From NCBI GenBank assembly GCA_963817895.1, contig CAWFQB010000006.1, positions 96,001 through 160,000 on the forward strand: 64,000 nucleotides of DNA. Direction: 5' to 3'. Below the pieces are notes generated by a model, which was not told the DNA's origin, ran no database searches, and saw nothing but the letters and a program-made list of their open reading frames with translations. Source of the DNA: an uncultured Chthonomonadaceae bacterium (lineage in GTDB: Bacteria > Armatimonadota > Chthonomonadetes > Chthonomonadales > Chthonomonadaceae). Position 1 is the first letter of the stretch. Each line of letters begins with the position of its first letter. Positions 31,175-43,200 of the stretch are shown in pieces. Both the position numbers and the translations under genes were made by a program.

Positions 31175-32641
31175 GTGGACCCGCGACGAGAATATGAATT
31201 GCTGCTGACGCGCCGACAGTTGTTCGGGCGCATGGCGACCGGCATCGGAACCGCTGCATTAGCCTCTCTGGTTGCGCCGGACGCTTTTGCCGACGCGAGT
31301 TCCAATCTCGCGGTCAAGGGCGGCGGGGCCATGCCGTTCCTGCACTTCGCGCCCAAAGCCAAGCGCGTGATCTATCTGTTCCAGTCCGGCGGGCCGTCGC
31401 ACATTGACCTGTTCGACTACAAGCCCAAACTGAAAGAGCATCACGGCGAGGAACTGCCCGCTTCCATCCGCAACGGCCAGCGCATCACGGGCATGACGAC
31501 CGGGCAGAAGAATTTTCCCTGCGTCGCGCCCATGTTCAAGTTCGCGCAGCATGGCAAAAACGGGACGTGGTTCAGCGAACTGCTGCCGCATACGGCAGGC
31601 ATTGCCGATGACATCTGCGTGGTCAAATCCGTCAACACGGAGGCCATCAATCACGACCCGGCCATCACGTTCATACAGACGGGTTCGCAGCAGCCGGGAC
31701 GCCCAAGCATCGGCTCGTGGATGTCCTATGGATTGGGCAGCGAAAACAGCAGTATGCCCGCGTACATCGTCCTGATTTCGCAGGGAACCGGCAACCGCAA
31801 CGACCAGCCGCTTTTCGGGCGGTTGTGGGGCAGCGGCTTTCTGCCGTCCATGCATCAGGGCGTGAAACTGCGCTCGCAGGGCGACCCGGTTCTGTATCTT
31901 TCCAACCCTCCCGGCGTGGACAACGCGAGCCGGCGGCACATGCTCGACAGCTCGGCCAACTGAACCATCTGGCCGCAGCAGCAGTTCGGCGACCCGGAAA
32001 TCAATACCCGCATCGCGCAGTATGAAATGGCGTACCGAATGCAGGCGTCCGTTCCCGACCTGATGGACTTGTCCCACGAATCGCAGGCAACCATGGAGAT
32101 GTACGGGCCGGAAGCGAAGAAACCCGGCACATTCGCCGCCAACTGCCTGCTGGCGCGTCGGCTGGTGGAACGGGGCGTCCGCTTCGTGCAATTGTTTCAT
32201 CGAGGCTGGGATCAGCACGGCGACCTTCCCAACCAGATTCGCGGGCCAATGCCACGATACGGATCAGCCGTCTGCCGCGCTGGTAAGGATTTGAAGCAGC
32301 GCGGACTGCTGGAAGATACGCTGGTTATCTGGGGCGGCGAGTTCGGGCGCACCGTTTACAGTCAGGGGACGCTGACGCAGACCAATTACGGGCGCGACCA
32401 TCATGGGCGGTGCTTCACGCGCTGGATCGCGGGCGGCGGCTTCAAGGGCGGGCTGTCGTATGGCGAAACCGACGATTTCTGCTACAACATTACGGAAAAC
32501 CCCGTCCATATCCACGACATGAACGCGACGGTTCTGCACCAGTTGGGCATTGACCACACGCGCCTGACGTATCGCTATCAGGGCCGCGACTATCGCCTGA
32601 CCGATGTAGCCGGGAACGTCGTCAACGATTTGATTTCCTAA
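31175..32641 (+). CDS. DUF1501 (sulfatase-like) Tat-exported protein, frameshifted
   Basis: [30 protein letters not shown] and GRDHH motifs. Confidence 0.9.
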
Positions 32642-32657
32642 TTTTCTGCTGCGCAGT

Positions 32658-32701
32658 GGCCCTCATCCCCAGCCCTTCTCCCAACTTTGGGAGAAGGGGG
32701 C
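32658..32701. repeat. REP-like palindrome CCCTCAnCCCnnnCCCTTCTCCCA...TGGGAGAAGGG (also at 43768-43815 and 58616-58661)
   Basis: Three near-identical intergenic copies in the window. Confidence 0.75.
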
Positions 32702-32735
32702 AATTGTGGAGGCGCGAAGAAGGTGAGAAGCAAGT

Positions 32736-33279
32736 ATGATCGCTGTAAAATCTCGAATGACCGAACAGGAGTTTATGCGGCTGCCCGATGATGGGTATAA
32801 GTATGAACTTGTGGATGGGGAGGCCAAAATCGTGCCGACAAGCATAATCCATGATATTATCGTCGGCAATCTGCATGCGGCACTCAGGCCGGTAGCGCGC
32901 AGGAGGGGCTATATGACAGCTCGGGCAGGCAGGCTTCCGCATGACTTCCGCTAACATTCGCTGCCCCGACATGTCATTTACGCGGCGCGAACGTTTCCCC
33001 AATGGTCTGCCGCCGGAAGGTTTCGGGGATTCTGCGCCCGACCTATGTGTTGAGGTCATTTCGCCCTCCGAAGAGCGCGCCGACATGGAACGTAAACTGC
33101 GCGAATACTTTGCTTCCGGCGCGCAGATTGTCTGGCACATGTTTCCCGAAACGCAAACCATCCGCGCCTACACATCGTCCACACAGTTTGAAACCTACAC
33201 AGTTGAGGACGAGATCGGCCTGCCTGATTTGCTTCCCGGCTTCCGCGTTGCGGTTGCGGAACTGTTCGTAATTGAATAG
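32736..33279 (+). CDS. Uma2 family endonuclease, frameshift near 32930
   Basis: YELVDG, PD, APDLCVEVISP, K-x-x-EY and LPGF motifs. Confidence 0.9.
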
Positions 33280-33284
33280 CAAGG

Positions 33285-34799
33285 ATGTGGAATATGCCTG
33301 AGCGCAGATCGCGGCGAACGTTTCTACAATCTACTGCGGCTGTCAACACTGAGATTGGCGCGAGTGACCTTGCCGCGTTTGCGGAGTTGAGTCCGGCGAC
33401 GCCTGCGGAAACGCGGGTGACGCCGGACATTGTTCGTTACAGCCCGGACATAGAACCCATTGTCCGCCTGATGGAAGACACGCCGATTGACCATTGCCCG
33501 GAAATGCTGGCGGAACAACTGCGAGGGGGCAAGTCTTATCGGCAATTGCTGGCGGGATTGTTTCTGGCGGCTCTGCGCGGACCGAGTTCCATTGCGCACA
33601 GCGTTTTCGTAATTCATGCCGCGCATGAAATGAGTTTGGACGCGCCGGTTGAGGAACGTTTGCTGCCCCTGTTCTGGGCGCTGAACAACTACAAATACTG
33701 GTACAACTGGCACGCGCAAAACCCCAATCGGCTGTTGCCTTTCAAGGGCGTTCTCCCCCCTGCGGAAACGGCGGAAACCGAATTCCATGCCGCCATGCGG
33801 CAGGCGGACGGAACCAAAGCGGAAGCGGCTATGCTGTCAATATTGCGCAGTCGGGGCGCGTCGCATGTCATGGGGTTGCTGTGGCCGTATGGGGCGCAGG
33901 ACTGCGTAGATGTCGGGCATTGCGCCATTACGGTCAGCAATGTATGCCGCGTCCTGCCCACTATTGGCCGACAACATGCCGAACCGATGCTGCGCTGGGT
34001 TTTGCAGCGGCTTATCTCAAAAGGGGATCAAACCTATCTTCCCAACCAAGAACGGGCGCGGCAGGCAATCGGTAAACTGCCCGGAAATTGGGCGGCGAGT
34101 GGGGGCGAAACGGGAGTAACGCGCGAACTGCTGGCGCAGATGCGGGACTTGAAAACCTCTGACGCCTGTGATCTGGCTGTAACCTGTTTGACCACGGGCA
34201 AAGCGCGGGCGGGAGCCGTCTGGGACGCCATTCATCTCAACGCCGGGGAAGTGATGATGCGCGGGGCCGATGACGGTCATTCCCTCCATGCCAATACCGC
34301 CGCCAACGCCCTGCATCACGCTTTTCATACCAGCGATGTTTCCGCCGACCGCCTGTTGATAGCGCTTCAGGCCATCGGCTGGCAGTGCCAATCCCGCCGC
34401 CGCAAAATGGAAACCGACGCGCAATGGCGGGCCAGTACGCTTAAAATAGATGAATTGACCGACACAGATATTCCCGCAACCGAAGACGAAACGACGGCTG
34501 AAATACTGGCAAGCCTGTCCGCGCAGCCGCATACCGCCGCCCGCAAAGCCTTTGCCCTGTCACAGCAACACCCTGACGCGCAGATGTTTCAGGGGGCTGT
34601 TCGGCGTCTGACAGTGGTAAAAGCCTCCGTGAACGCGCACGACGTCAAGTTTCCGGTTGCGATTTTCGAGGATTACGCGCAGGTTTCACCCGTCTGGCGT
34701 CCCCACCTGCTGGCAACTTCGGTCTACTGGCTCAAAGGCAGCGACACGCCCGACTCGGCAATAGTTCAACAGGCGCGGGAAGCGGTACGTAAGTTGTAA
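33285..34799 (+). CDS. Hypothetical alpha-helical protein with possible Tat motif
   Basis: 504 aa ORF, SRRTFLQ near the N-terminus, several His residues. Confidence 0.7.
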   Translation: MWNMPERRSRRTFLQSTAAVNTEIGASDLAAFAELSPATPAETRVTPDIVRYSPDIEPIVRLMEDTPIDHCPEMLAEQLRGGKSYRQLLAGLFLAALRGPSSIAHSVFVIHAAHEMSLDAPVEERLLPLFWALNNYKYWYNWHAQNPNRLLPFKGVLPPAETAETEFHAAMRQADGTKAEAAMLSILRSRGASHVMGLLWPYGAQDCVDVGHCAITVSNVCRVLPTIGRQHAEPMLRWVLQRLISKGDQTYLPNQERARQAIGKLPGNWAASGGETGVTRELLAQMRDLKTSDACDLAVTCLTTGKARAGAVWDAIHLNAGEVMMRGADDGHSLHANTAANALHHAFHTSDVSADRLLIALQAIGWQCQSRRRKMETDAQWRASTLKIDELTDTDIPATEDETTAEILASLSAQPHTAARKAFALSQQHPDAQMFQGAVRRLTVVKASVNAHDVKFPVAIFEDYAQVSPVWRPHLLATSVYWLKGSDTPDSAIVQQAREAVRKL

Positions 34800-34909
34800 G
34801 CGTATCCCAACGGTCTCCTGAATTTCCCCTGCGCAAGGCTGTATAAAACTACAGACAGAAAGCGTTTCTCGCCTATCTATAACATCTTATTGGAAAGGAG
34901 CAAACCATT

Positions 34910-35815
34910 ATGCCCGGTCCCTTCCCCGGCATGGATCCTTATCTGGAAAACAGAATTTTGTGGAACGGAGTTTGTCAAGGTCTAATATGCAGCATCAACG
35001 CGTTGCTTAATGCAGCGTTGCCGGTTAATTACTTTGCTGAAATTTGTGAACGCCGGACGCTAATGATCCCGTCCCACGACTTGTACCCGGACGCGCTGGT
35101 GTTTCAGCAACGTTCGTCAAAGCCACTCTCAACATTCAATAATGGCAAAGACACAGCCGCGCCAGAGGCCGTAATGGTTGAGATGAGCGATGATCCTGTC
35201 ATTCTGGTAGCAGAGCCGGTGGAAGCGCGCGAGGTCTTTGTGGAAGTGCGGCCGGCAGGCGATGAAACGCGAGTTATAACCGTTATTGAGGTTTTGAATT
35301 TCGTCAACAAAACGCCGGGACTGTTGGCACGCGAACGGTACTTGAACAAACAGCAAACCCTACTGCATAGTGGAACGCATCTTATTGAAGTTGACCTGCT
35401 ACGAACTGGCGACCACACGGTTGCCGCGCCGTTACCCACCTTGAGCGACCACATTCAACACTGGTACAATCTAGTTTGCCTGCATCGAGGCGGGGCTGGA
35501 TATCGCTTTGAAGTTCGGCCGCGTACAATTCGGGACCGACTGCCACGCATTCGCGTTCCGCTGGAAAACGGGTTGCCGGATGTGGTTTTGGACCTACAGC
35601 AAGCCTTTGACCGCAATTATGAGGGAGGGGCGTATATTCGGCGCATAGATTACAGCAAGCCCGCGTCCATTCCCGTTCGCCCGCCCGATGCGGCGTGGGC
35701 GGACGCGCTGCTGCGCTCACAGGGGCTGCGTCCACAGCCCGACTTATCACAACAAACGGCCTCACAGGAAAATACAATTTCGCAGGAACCAACGCCACAG
35801 GAGCCAAATCAATGA
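34910..35815 (+). CDS. DUF4058 family protein
   Basis: MPGPFPGMDPYLE and HLIEVDLLR motifs. Confidence 0.9.
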   Translation: MPGPFPGMDPYLENRILWNGVCQGLICSINALLNAALPVNYFAEICERRTLMIPSHDLYPDALVFQQRSSKPLSTFNNGKDTAAPEAVMVEMSDDPVILVAEPVEAREVFVEVRPAGDETRVITVIEVLNFVNKTPGLLARERYLNKQQTLLHSGTHLIEVDLLRTGDHTVAAPLPTLSDHIQHWYNLVCLHRGGAGYRFEVRPRTIRDRLPRIRVPLENGLPDVVLDLQQAFDRNYEGGAYIRRIDYSKPASIPVRPPDAAWADALLRSQGLRPQPDLSQQTASQENTISQEPTPQEPNQ

Positions 35816-36624
35816 AGAATACGCTTACCGAAGAACAGATTACGCAGTATCAGGAGCAGGGATTCCTCGTCATTGACCACTTTCTCGAACCGGACGAACT
35901 GGAACACTGGCGACAAACCACGCAGGAGGCCGTCAATCAGCGGATCGAGCAGACGCGGGGCAAAGATTGGTTCGAAGCGCTGAACAATCAGGCCGACCCG
36001 GACAACTATTACGCGCAAGTGTTCACGCAATGCCTGAAACTGGCGGACTCGCATCCAGGCATGCATGAACTGATGTTCGATCCGCGTTTGGGCGAAATGG
36101 CGGCGACACTGGCGGGCGTGGACGGAATTCGCATCTGGCACGATCAGGCCCTGTTCAAGCCCGCCTTCGGCAACCCGACAGGCTGGCATCTGGACAACCC
36201 GTACTGGTCGTTTTCGTCCCGGCAGTCGCTTTCGCTGTGGGTCGCGCTCGACGACGCCACATTGGGCAACGGCTGTATGTGGTACGTTCCGGGCAGTCAG
36301 AAGACGGCCACCTTCGAAAACGTCGGCATCGGGCAAAATCTGGCCGACCTGTTCAAGTGTTACCCGCAGTGGCGCGAAATTGAGCCGATTGCCTGCCCCT
36401 GTCCCGCCGGTTCCGCCGTGTTTCATAGCGGCCTGACGGCGCATGGAGCCGGGGCCAACATGACCAATCGCCCCCGCCGCGCCATGACCTGCGCCTATAT
36501 GCCAGACGGCGCGACGTTCAACGGCAAGCGCAACATCTTGCCCGAAACCTACTTCAACTCCCTGCAAGTAGGCGACCCGCTGGACAACGACGCCATCAAC
36601 CCGCTCATCTGGAAAAAGCCATAA
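35812..36624 (+). CDS. Phytanoyl-CoA dioxygenase (PhyH) family protein
   Basis: WHLD (HxD), WVALDDA and H-GAGAN motifs. Confidence 0.9.
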   Translation: MKNTLTEEQITQYQEQGFLVIDHFLEPDELEHWRQTTQEAVNQRIEQTRGKDWFEALNNQADPDNYYAQVFTQCLKLADSHPGMHELMFDPRLGEMAATLAGVDGIRIWHDQALFKPAFGNPTGWHLDNPYWSFSSRQSLSLWVALDDATLGNGCMWYVPGSQKTATFENVGIGQNLADLFKCYPQWREIEPIACPCPAGSAVFHSGLTAHGAGANMTNRPRRAMTCAYMPDGATFNGKRNILPETYFNSLQVGDPLDNDAINPLIWKKP

Positions 36625-36734
36625 TAAAATCTCCGAACTCGATGAACGCCCAAACCGAATCTTAGATGCGTTGGCCCTGACTTTGATTCTGATGCACAGA
36701 TCATTAGAAACAGGCGAGAAGCAAAACGAGCGTT

Positions 36735-38165
36735 CTACTTGGTCAGCCACGCATGGCGTTGCCGTATCTTTTCCGCCTGTTCGGGGTTGACCATGTGGAG
36801 GAAGGACAGGTAGCCACTCGCGTAGAGCAGGGCGTTTTTGCCGATCTTGTCGGACATGGTTTGCAGTCCTTCGGTTTCGCAGTGGTGGAGAAAGGCGCGG
36901 AACTTGCGCAGGTCGCTGCGGGACAGACGCGGCGTTTCATTGACCACAACTCCGGTCACGACTTGCCGATGCTGCGGGCGCATCACGCGGGTTTTGTTCT
37001 CATTGATGGTATAGCCCTCTTCCGCAAGGATGTGCCGCAAACGGGTGAACAACATGCCGGTCGGCGCTTCCTTATCGGCATGGGAAAAGACAAGGTCGTC
37101 GGCGTAGCGGGTATACGTGAAGCCGTAGCGGGTGGCGATACCGGTCAGGCGCGAGTCTAAGCGGCGGCACAGGATATTGGTAATCGCGGGGGACGTGCAG
37201 GCTCCCTGCGGCAGTTGCCGTTCGCCAATGGCGACATGCTTCTTTTGCCCGTCCAGCGTCAGGGCAACGCGGGGCGACTCGGTGCAAAGCAGAGCTAAAA
37301 TGGAAGCGACGCCCTCGTTGTAGCCCAAATGCGCAAATAAGCCCTTCACGCGCCGAAACTGAATGGACGGGAAAAAGTCTTTCAGGTCTACGCGGATTAC
37401 TATGTTTTTGCCCGTATGCTTCTGCGCGTTGTGCAGAATGGAACGTTTGGGGCGAAACGCCATTGCCGCGTCGTGAATGTTGACGCGGTTTAAGATGTTT
37501 GTTAATACCCACGCCTGCGCGGTTCGCAACTGTCGCTTGGGCGCGGAAATCGCCCGCATCCCGCCGCCGCGTTTGGGAATGGAAAAATGCGCGTAGTGGT
37601 CAATCACGGTCGCGCCCCGATGATAGGTGAGCCACGCAATCTGCTTCGGTTCCAAGCCCATCGCGCTCGCAAGTTCTTCCGCGCTGCTCAACGCGGGCAG
37701 GCTTGCGCTCTCCACTTTCGACTGGTCGCCGCCCTCGTACCGCAATCCCGCAGACACGCCATGCCCAAGATACGGCAGCGTTTTCGCCCGCCACTCCTTT
37801 ACCTGTTGCTGTCGCGCGGCCTGCTCCTCTTCCTTCTGCTGCTTTTTTACGCCCCGCGCCGCCCGTACCCGCTCAATCCGCTTTTTACGGATGTCATTAA
37901 TCAACGCGGGAATGTTGCGGCCCAACCCGATCTCTTTATCTAATGTTTGCAGTTCCGAACGCGCGGCCTGCAAGCCCGGATAGAGTTCTTTCAGTCTGGC
38001 TTCCGCGTCCGCGATCTGCTGTGTGACGCCCACGGCGGGCGGCCAGAACCCCAAGCGTTCCATCTCCTCTTTGATGAACGCTTCCTTGCCGATTTCGCGC
38101 ATCCGGTCGCGCCAGTTGGCCTGCATCCCGGCTTCAGGTTGAGTAGTTGTGGTATCGGTGGTCAT
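36735..38165 (-). CDS. Retron-type reverse transcriptase with N-terminal helical extension (type XIII / Mx162-like)
   Basis: IPKRGGGMR, NAQKH (retron region X), DLKDFFPSI, LPQGACTSP, YTRYADD and VVTGVVVN (region Y VTG). Confidence 0.93.
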   Translation of the reverse strand: MTTDTTTTQPEAGMQANWRDRMREIGKEAFIKEEMERLGFWPPAVGVTQQIADAEARLKELYPGLQAARSELQTLDKEIGLGRNIPALINDIRKKRIERVRAARGVKKQQKEEEQAARQQQVKEWRAKTLPYLGHGVSAGLRYEGGDQSKVESASLPALSSAEELASAMGLEPKQIAWLTYHRGATVIDHYAHFSIPKRGGGMRAISAPKRQLRTAQAWVLTNILNRVNIHDAAMAFRPKRSILHNAQKHTGKNIVIRVDLKDFFPSIQFRRVKGLFAHLGYNEGVASILALLCTESPRVALTLDGQKKHVAIGERQLPQGACTSPAITNILCRRLDSRLTGIATRYGFTYTRYADDLVFSHADKEAPTGMLFTRLRHILAEEGYTINENKTRVMRPQHRQVVTGVVVNETPRLSRSDLRKFRAFLHHCETEGLQTMSDKIGKNALLYASGYLSFLHMVNPEQAEKIRQRHAWLTK

Positions 38166-38277
38166 GGGAACTCCAGAGGTAGATGGGTAGATAGGTAGGA
38201 AATGCCTGTTTCCCTGCGAAATGGCGTGAAGAAAAGGTAGGGAGGATCATGTTCTACCCATCTACCCATCTACCTGC

Positions 38278-40257
38278 CTACCCATCTATCATCTTCTGAA
38301 ACTGCGCTTCCGTCAAAACTTTCACGCCCAATTGCTGCGCTTTGGCGAGTTTGGAACCGGCTTTGTCTCCGGCAACGAGGTACGTGGTGTTTTTGCTCAC
38401 GCTGCCGGAGGCGGTTCCGCCGTACTGTTGTACGAGGTCTTCCGCCTGATCGCGGGTGAACAGCGTTAAAGCGCCGGTGAAGACGAACACTTGTCCGGCG
38501 AACAGGTTTGGGTTAATGCCGCTGCTTGGTTTGGCGTCTTTATTCGCCATTTGCAGCGCGACCTGCTCGGAGGCAAGCGCGGCAGCGGCGAGAATGTGGG
38601 CGCACGGGCCTTTGCGCAGTTTTTCCCGCTTGAAGAACGAGCATGAGCATTGCGCGTACTGAACGCGCCCGTCCAGATCAACGTCGAGAATCACATCCTG
38701 CGTTTTGTTGCCCCGCGCATCGTCGCGTACCTCCGCCTGAACCCGAACCCGGTCTTCGTCCCCCACTGGCGCGCCAAAGGCCAGTTTGCTGTCATCAACT
38801 ACATCCGCCCATTTCACGCCCTTTGCGGTGACAATGCGTTTGGCGTGCGCCATGCGCTTGTCCTGCTCGGTTTCGGGCAATGCAATGGGAACCGGAAGCA
38901 GCGCGCGCCAGCGATAGTGTCCCGTGATATGATCGTACATCGCCTGCCCCTGCGCACAGCACTGCTGCAAGGCTGACGTTGCGGCATCACGGGGTATGGA
39001 CAACTCCGCCGCCAGCATTTCCGGCGTGATATGCAGTTTATCGGATAAAACTTTCAGGGCTTTTTCAACCACATCCGGGGGCGCGGTGTTGGTGGACGCC
39101 AGCAGATCGAAACGCGCGGCCTGAGCCCAATCGTTTTTGGTCCAGCCGGACAAGCCCAAATCAAACCGCTGATTCTTCTGAAAGACGGTCCAGTAGGAGG
39201 GCAGACCGCCGCCAAGCAGTCGCACCTGCACCCAATCCGCATGGGGCAACAGCGATTCCATGACGAGCAGACGGCGACGGCCCCATATACGGATTTCGCC
39301 CTCGACCTGCCCGGTATAAACGTGTTCGTATTCCTGAACCACGTCGTTCCAGGGTTCCACGACTATGGAGGGTTTTTCTCCCGGCTTGACCACAAAGCGC
39401 AGCGAACGCGGCCCGACCTTTTCCCGCTTGCGGCGCAGAATGGCAAGCACATCCGCGACGGTTGACGCGCTGAGTTTCAAATCCACCGTGCCGAACGCGA
39501 CTGCCGACTGCACCTGCAAAAAGCCGCGCACCCATGAGGGCGGCAGGTCAATCTTCTTTTCCACCGACTCGCCCGCGCTTGTGGCAAGAGTGACGCCCTC
39601 CGCGCCGATCTGCAAAAAGGCGGGGCGGTAACTGCGAATACGCCGGATTTCATCGGCAAGCGGGCGGCTGTAATCAATGTTGGTCGTGCCGTAAACGGCG
39701 GTTCCGAAAACATCCAAACTTTCGGTCGGAACCGTAACGCGCCCGTAACTCAACTCGTCCTGCGAAAACACTTCGAAAATCAGGCAGTCGGGATGAACGC
39801 TGACGACGGGATCAAGCACCCACCATGCATCTTTGTCATGTTCCAACAGCCACGCGAAGTACCGCCGTTTGTGCTGATAGTACACGCCGCCGGAAGCGAG
39901 ATTTTCCAAATCCCACACCTCTTTTTGGCGCTTGCTGACATTGGCCTGAACCGTTTTGCGCTGTTCCATCAGGGCGGGCAGGGCGGCGGCGCGTTCCGTC
40001 ATCTGCGAACCCAATTCTTCCAGATACCGCTGCTGTACCCACTCCTGATAGGCGGTATGGTCTTTGGGCGCGTTGCGCAAATCGGACGTGACGACTTCAT
40101 ACAAAGCGAGCATCAGGCGGGCATACGCCAGGCTGTCCTTAACCATCGCATCCAGATGTACGCCGGGGCGCGACTGTTCGGCAGACACATCCAGATGCAT
40201 CCCATCCGAAGCCATATTCCCGCTGCTCGGGCGGGCGTAGTGTTGTGTTATTTCCAT
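38278..40257 (-). CDS. SWIM zinc-finger protein with C-terminal BRCT domain (retron-associated)
   Basis: CSC...GPCAH SWIM motif; LigA-like BRCT FVFTG...GSVSKNTTYLVAG.KAGSKL.KA..LGV. Confidence 0.85.
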   Translation of the reverse strand: MEITQHYARPSSGNMASDGMHLDVSAEQSRPGVHLDAMVKDSLAYARLMLALYEVVTSDLRNAPKDHTAYQEWVQQRYLEELGSQMTERAAALPALMEQRKTVQANVSKRQKEVWDLENLASGGVYYQHKRRYFAWLLEHDKDAWWVLDPVVSVHPDCLIFEVFSQDELSYGRVTVPTESLDVFGTAVYGTTNIDYSRPLADEIRRIRSYRPAFLQIGAEGVTLATSAGESVEKKIDLPPSWVRGFLQVQSAVAFGTVDLKLSASTVADVLAILRRKREKVGPRSLRFVVKPGEKPSIVVEPWNDVVQEYEHVYTGQVEGEIRIWGRRRLLVMESLLPHADWVQVRLLGGGLPSYWTVFQKNQRFDLGLSGWTKNDWAQAARFDLLASTNTAPPDVVEKALKVLSDKLHITPEMLAAELSIPRDAATSALQQCCAQGQAMYDHITGHYRWRALLPVPIALPETEQDKRMAHAKRIVTAKGVKWADVVDDSKLAFGAPVGDEDRVRVQAEVRDDARGNKTQDVILDVDLDGRVQYAQCSCSFFKREKLRKGPCAHILAAAALASEQVALQMANKDAKPSSGINPNLFAGQVFVFTGALTLFTRDQAEDLVQQYGGTASGSVSKNTTYLVAGDKAGSKLAKAQQLGVKVLTEAQFQKMIDG

Positions 40258-40261
40258 CTTT

Positions 40262-43200
40262 CTAAACCTCTACTCCCTCAATTTCTACACCCGTCAGCGC
40301 CAACCGCGCCAGTTGTCCCAATGCCCACTCCGCGTCACGGGACGAGCGGCCGCGCGCCAGTTCCAGCAGGAGGGGGATGTCTTGAGAGGGTTCCGCGTCC
40401 AGGCGGCGCTTGACCAGTTCTTTGGCGGTTCGGCTCTGATTGCGGGCGCGGAGTACCTGCCGGTCGAAGGTGGGGGCCTGCGCGAATCGTTCGCCGGTTT
40501 TTAACAGGCGTTGCGCGAGAAACGCTTGCATTTGCGGGTCGGTGTTTTCCGACAGGCGGCTGAAAACGGCTTCGTGGTCAACCTTTTCCCAACGCGCCAG
40601 CAGATACTCGCGCCCGTAAGCCCGAACGAGGGCTTTGGGGCTGTCACACAGGGCAGTGATGTACTCGATGCTGTGTTCGTCGTTTGGCGGCACGGCTTCA
40701 AAGAACGTATCACCCATTGCTACGGCGGGCGGCAGTTCGGATTCCAGCAGGCGCAGGGCGAACGGCATCCGCATGCCCACCTGCGCCACGCGCTGCAAAC
40801 CCCAGGCGCGAATATCCGGCAGCGCATGGGTGGCGATTTGCAGCAGGGCAGAGGAGTCGGCGGCAAACAAATTTTCATGCGCCTGTACCCAACGGCCTAA
40901 AATGGCGTTGTACAGCGGGTTGGACGTATTCAGGAATTCGGGATCGTTCAGCGTCAGAAAAGTTGCGCTGAGTACGTCGTCTTCGAGCAGGCGCGCGGTT
41001 AGTGTCGGGTTGTTTGCCGCGCCGACCTGCTTCCACGCCAGTTGCCAGAAAGCCGAAATTTGCCCGGATTGTTCTAATCCGTTCACGATGATTTGCCGCA
41101 GTTCAGGCCATTGCGTGTCCGTTGCCGCCTGCGCCAATCCCAGGATAGACGCAACGGGCAGAACGCGAACGATGTTTTGCAGCGCGGATTGGGGAAGCAG
41201 GCCGACAAGGAATGGGCGCGTTTCCAGCAAGCCCTGCAATCGGGTTCCGTCCAGCGACAGGCGATTGAACAGGGCAATGGCAGAAGAGGAAGCGGTTGCG
41301 GTTCGCAGCGCGTCCGTTTCCGTTGTGGCTGCGAGCAGGCTATCCCATATCGGGATTAGATCGCTGTCCGGCGTCGCGCTGGCCGCGATCAGGTCCCAAC
41401 TGACGCGCCGTATCCATTCCGAAGTGGAATTCACCAGTTCTTTTATTTTCGCCGGAGGAATGGGTTTGGAGCGAACGTTCGCGTCAATAGCGTCCAGAGC
41501 GGAATCGCGCAAATCCACTTCCACCGCTTCTATCGCTTGCAGCCACACATCCAAATACGCGAGGGGAGCCTGCCGGAATGTGTCCAATCCCCACGCCAGC
41601 AGTTCCGCGCGGCGCGTGGCGTACAGCATTACGGCCAGTTGCGGAGTTACCTGCTTGCTCAACACCGCCGGGAAATGGGCGACAAGATACGCGAACGCAA
41701 GCCCCTGTCGGCGCGTTAATCGGCTGCCTTCAACCTTCTCGCCAGCCAGTTTGTACAGGCGGTTGGCGAAAGGGTTACTCCAGCGACTGCTCAAACTTGT
41801 TTGCCGCGCAATATAATCCGTCACGGCTTTGCGCGAACGCCCACTCCCCTTGAAAAACGTTTCCGCCGCCAAATCCACCGCGATGGTTTCATTGTTATTG
41901 AGTTTGGCGGCAAGGGCGCAGGTGGCAACGGAAACCAGCAACGCCGAGGGGGATTGCAGAAATCGTATCAGTGTCGCGTCAGGAATGGCAGGCAAATCGC
42001 GTTTCATGCCGCGCAGCATTTTGCAGGCCGCTTCCTGCGTTTGCCAGGGCAGTTCGGGCGTGGCGAAGAGCGTTTCCGCGTGTTGCGGGTAGCGATCCCA
42101 GAATTCGGGATAGCGTTCCTCGCGGGTTCGCATATTGAGGTGATTGCCCTTTAAGATGTACGCCCCCCGCCCGTGTCCCGCCTGCTCATAGCGGCGCGAG
42201 TTACCGTACAGTATGTCCATGGAAACCCATTGAACGCGGGCGTCTATTTCCGTCCGGTCTTTGCCGGTTGTCAGAAGAATCTGAACGGCTTGCTGAATGT
42301 ACCGCGCGGGGTCTTGTTCGGCAAGGGTTCGCAGGGCGCGGCGAACGCGGCGTTTCATGTAGCCGAATGTTTGATTGGACGGAAGCGCGCCGAGCAGGAA
42401 GGGGCGTTCGAGTTGGGTTACATCCACTGCTTGAAATAGCGCGGGCAGATGGTTTTCAGTTTGAAGCGCTAGAAACAGGAGATGGGGCGCGGCGGCGGAA
42501 ACGGCAATCCTGCCGCCCCTGCCACCGGTAAACTCGCCTACAATGCGCGGCTGCGTGGCAACGGCAATGTCCACGATTTTTACGCCGCTTTGTTCGACGT
42601 TATTATAGCCTGGCCCTTCAAAACTGACAAAAGCATGCCCCTTGCCGAGTACAAGGGAGGTCGCGCTTTCAAATTTCAGCGTTATGGCGGGAATGACAGG
42701 GATGTGAGCGGCATCCAAACGGTATACGCGCAGCCCCAAATTCTCCGAAGCCGTCTCGTAGTAGTTGGCGCGTCCGACTGTGACAAACAGGTGATTGTCC
42801 CGAATGGCAATGTCCGTCGCCCCCGGAACGTCCAGCGAGTTCACCTGACGCGGCTGAAAAGGGTTGGATAAATCGTAGGTGACGATTTTCTGGCGGTTGT
42901 TATAGCGCTCACCCGACAGAATGTAAATGCGCTGATTGGCTACGGCAAAACTGAGAGGTACGTCTATTTTGGTTTTGCTGACGGTGACAAGATTAGCGGG
43001 ATTGGAAACGTTCAGAATCGTCAAATAGGATTCGCGGTAGTGGTTGCTGATAACGGCTACGGCTGCGCCCAAATAGGCGATGCGAGTAGGATATTTCAAA
43101 TCGCCGGCGCCAATGCTGCGCGGATTGGCCGGGTCGGACACCTCCAGAACATGAACCATGCCCTCTTTGTTGTAATTCTGGCCGCCTTGCAGCACATAAG

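Noticed and set aside
36735..38165. RT as a group II intron, DGR or CRISPR-associated enzyme
   Set aside because: It has retron NAxxH and VTG motifs; no maturase domain, TR/VR pair or cas1 was seen
38166..38290. Hairpin immediately upstream of the RT as the msr-msd
   Set aside because: It is a (GGTAGATG)n inverted tandem repeat like others in the window, too short and without msr features
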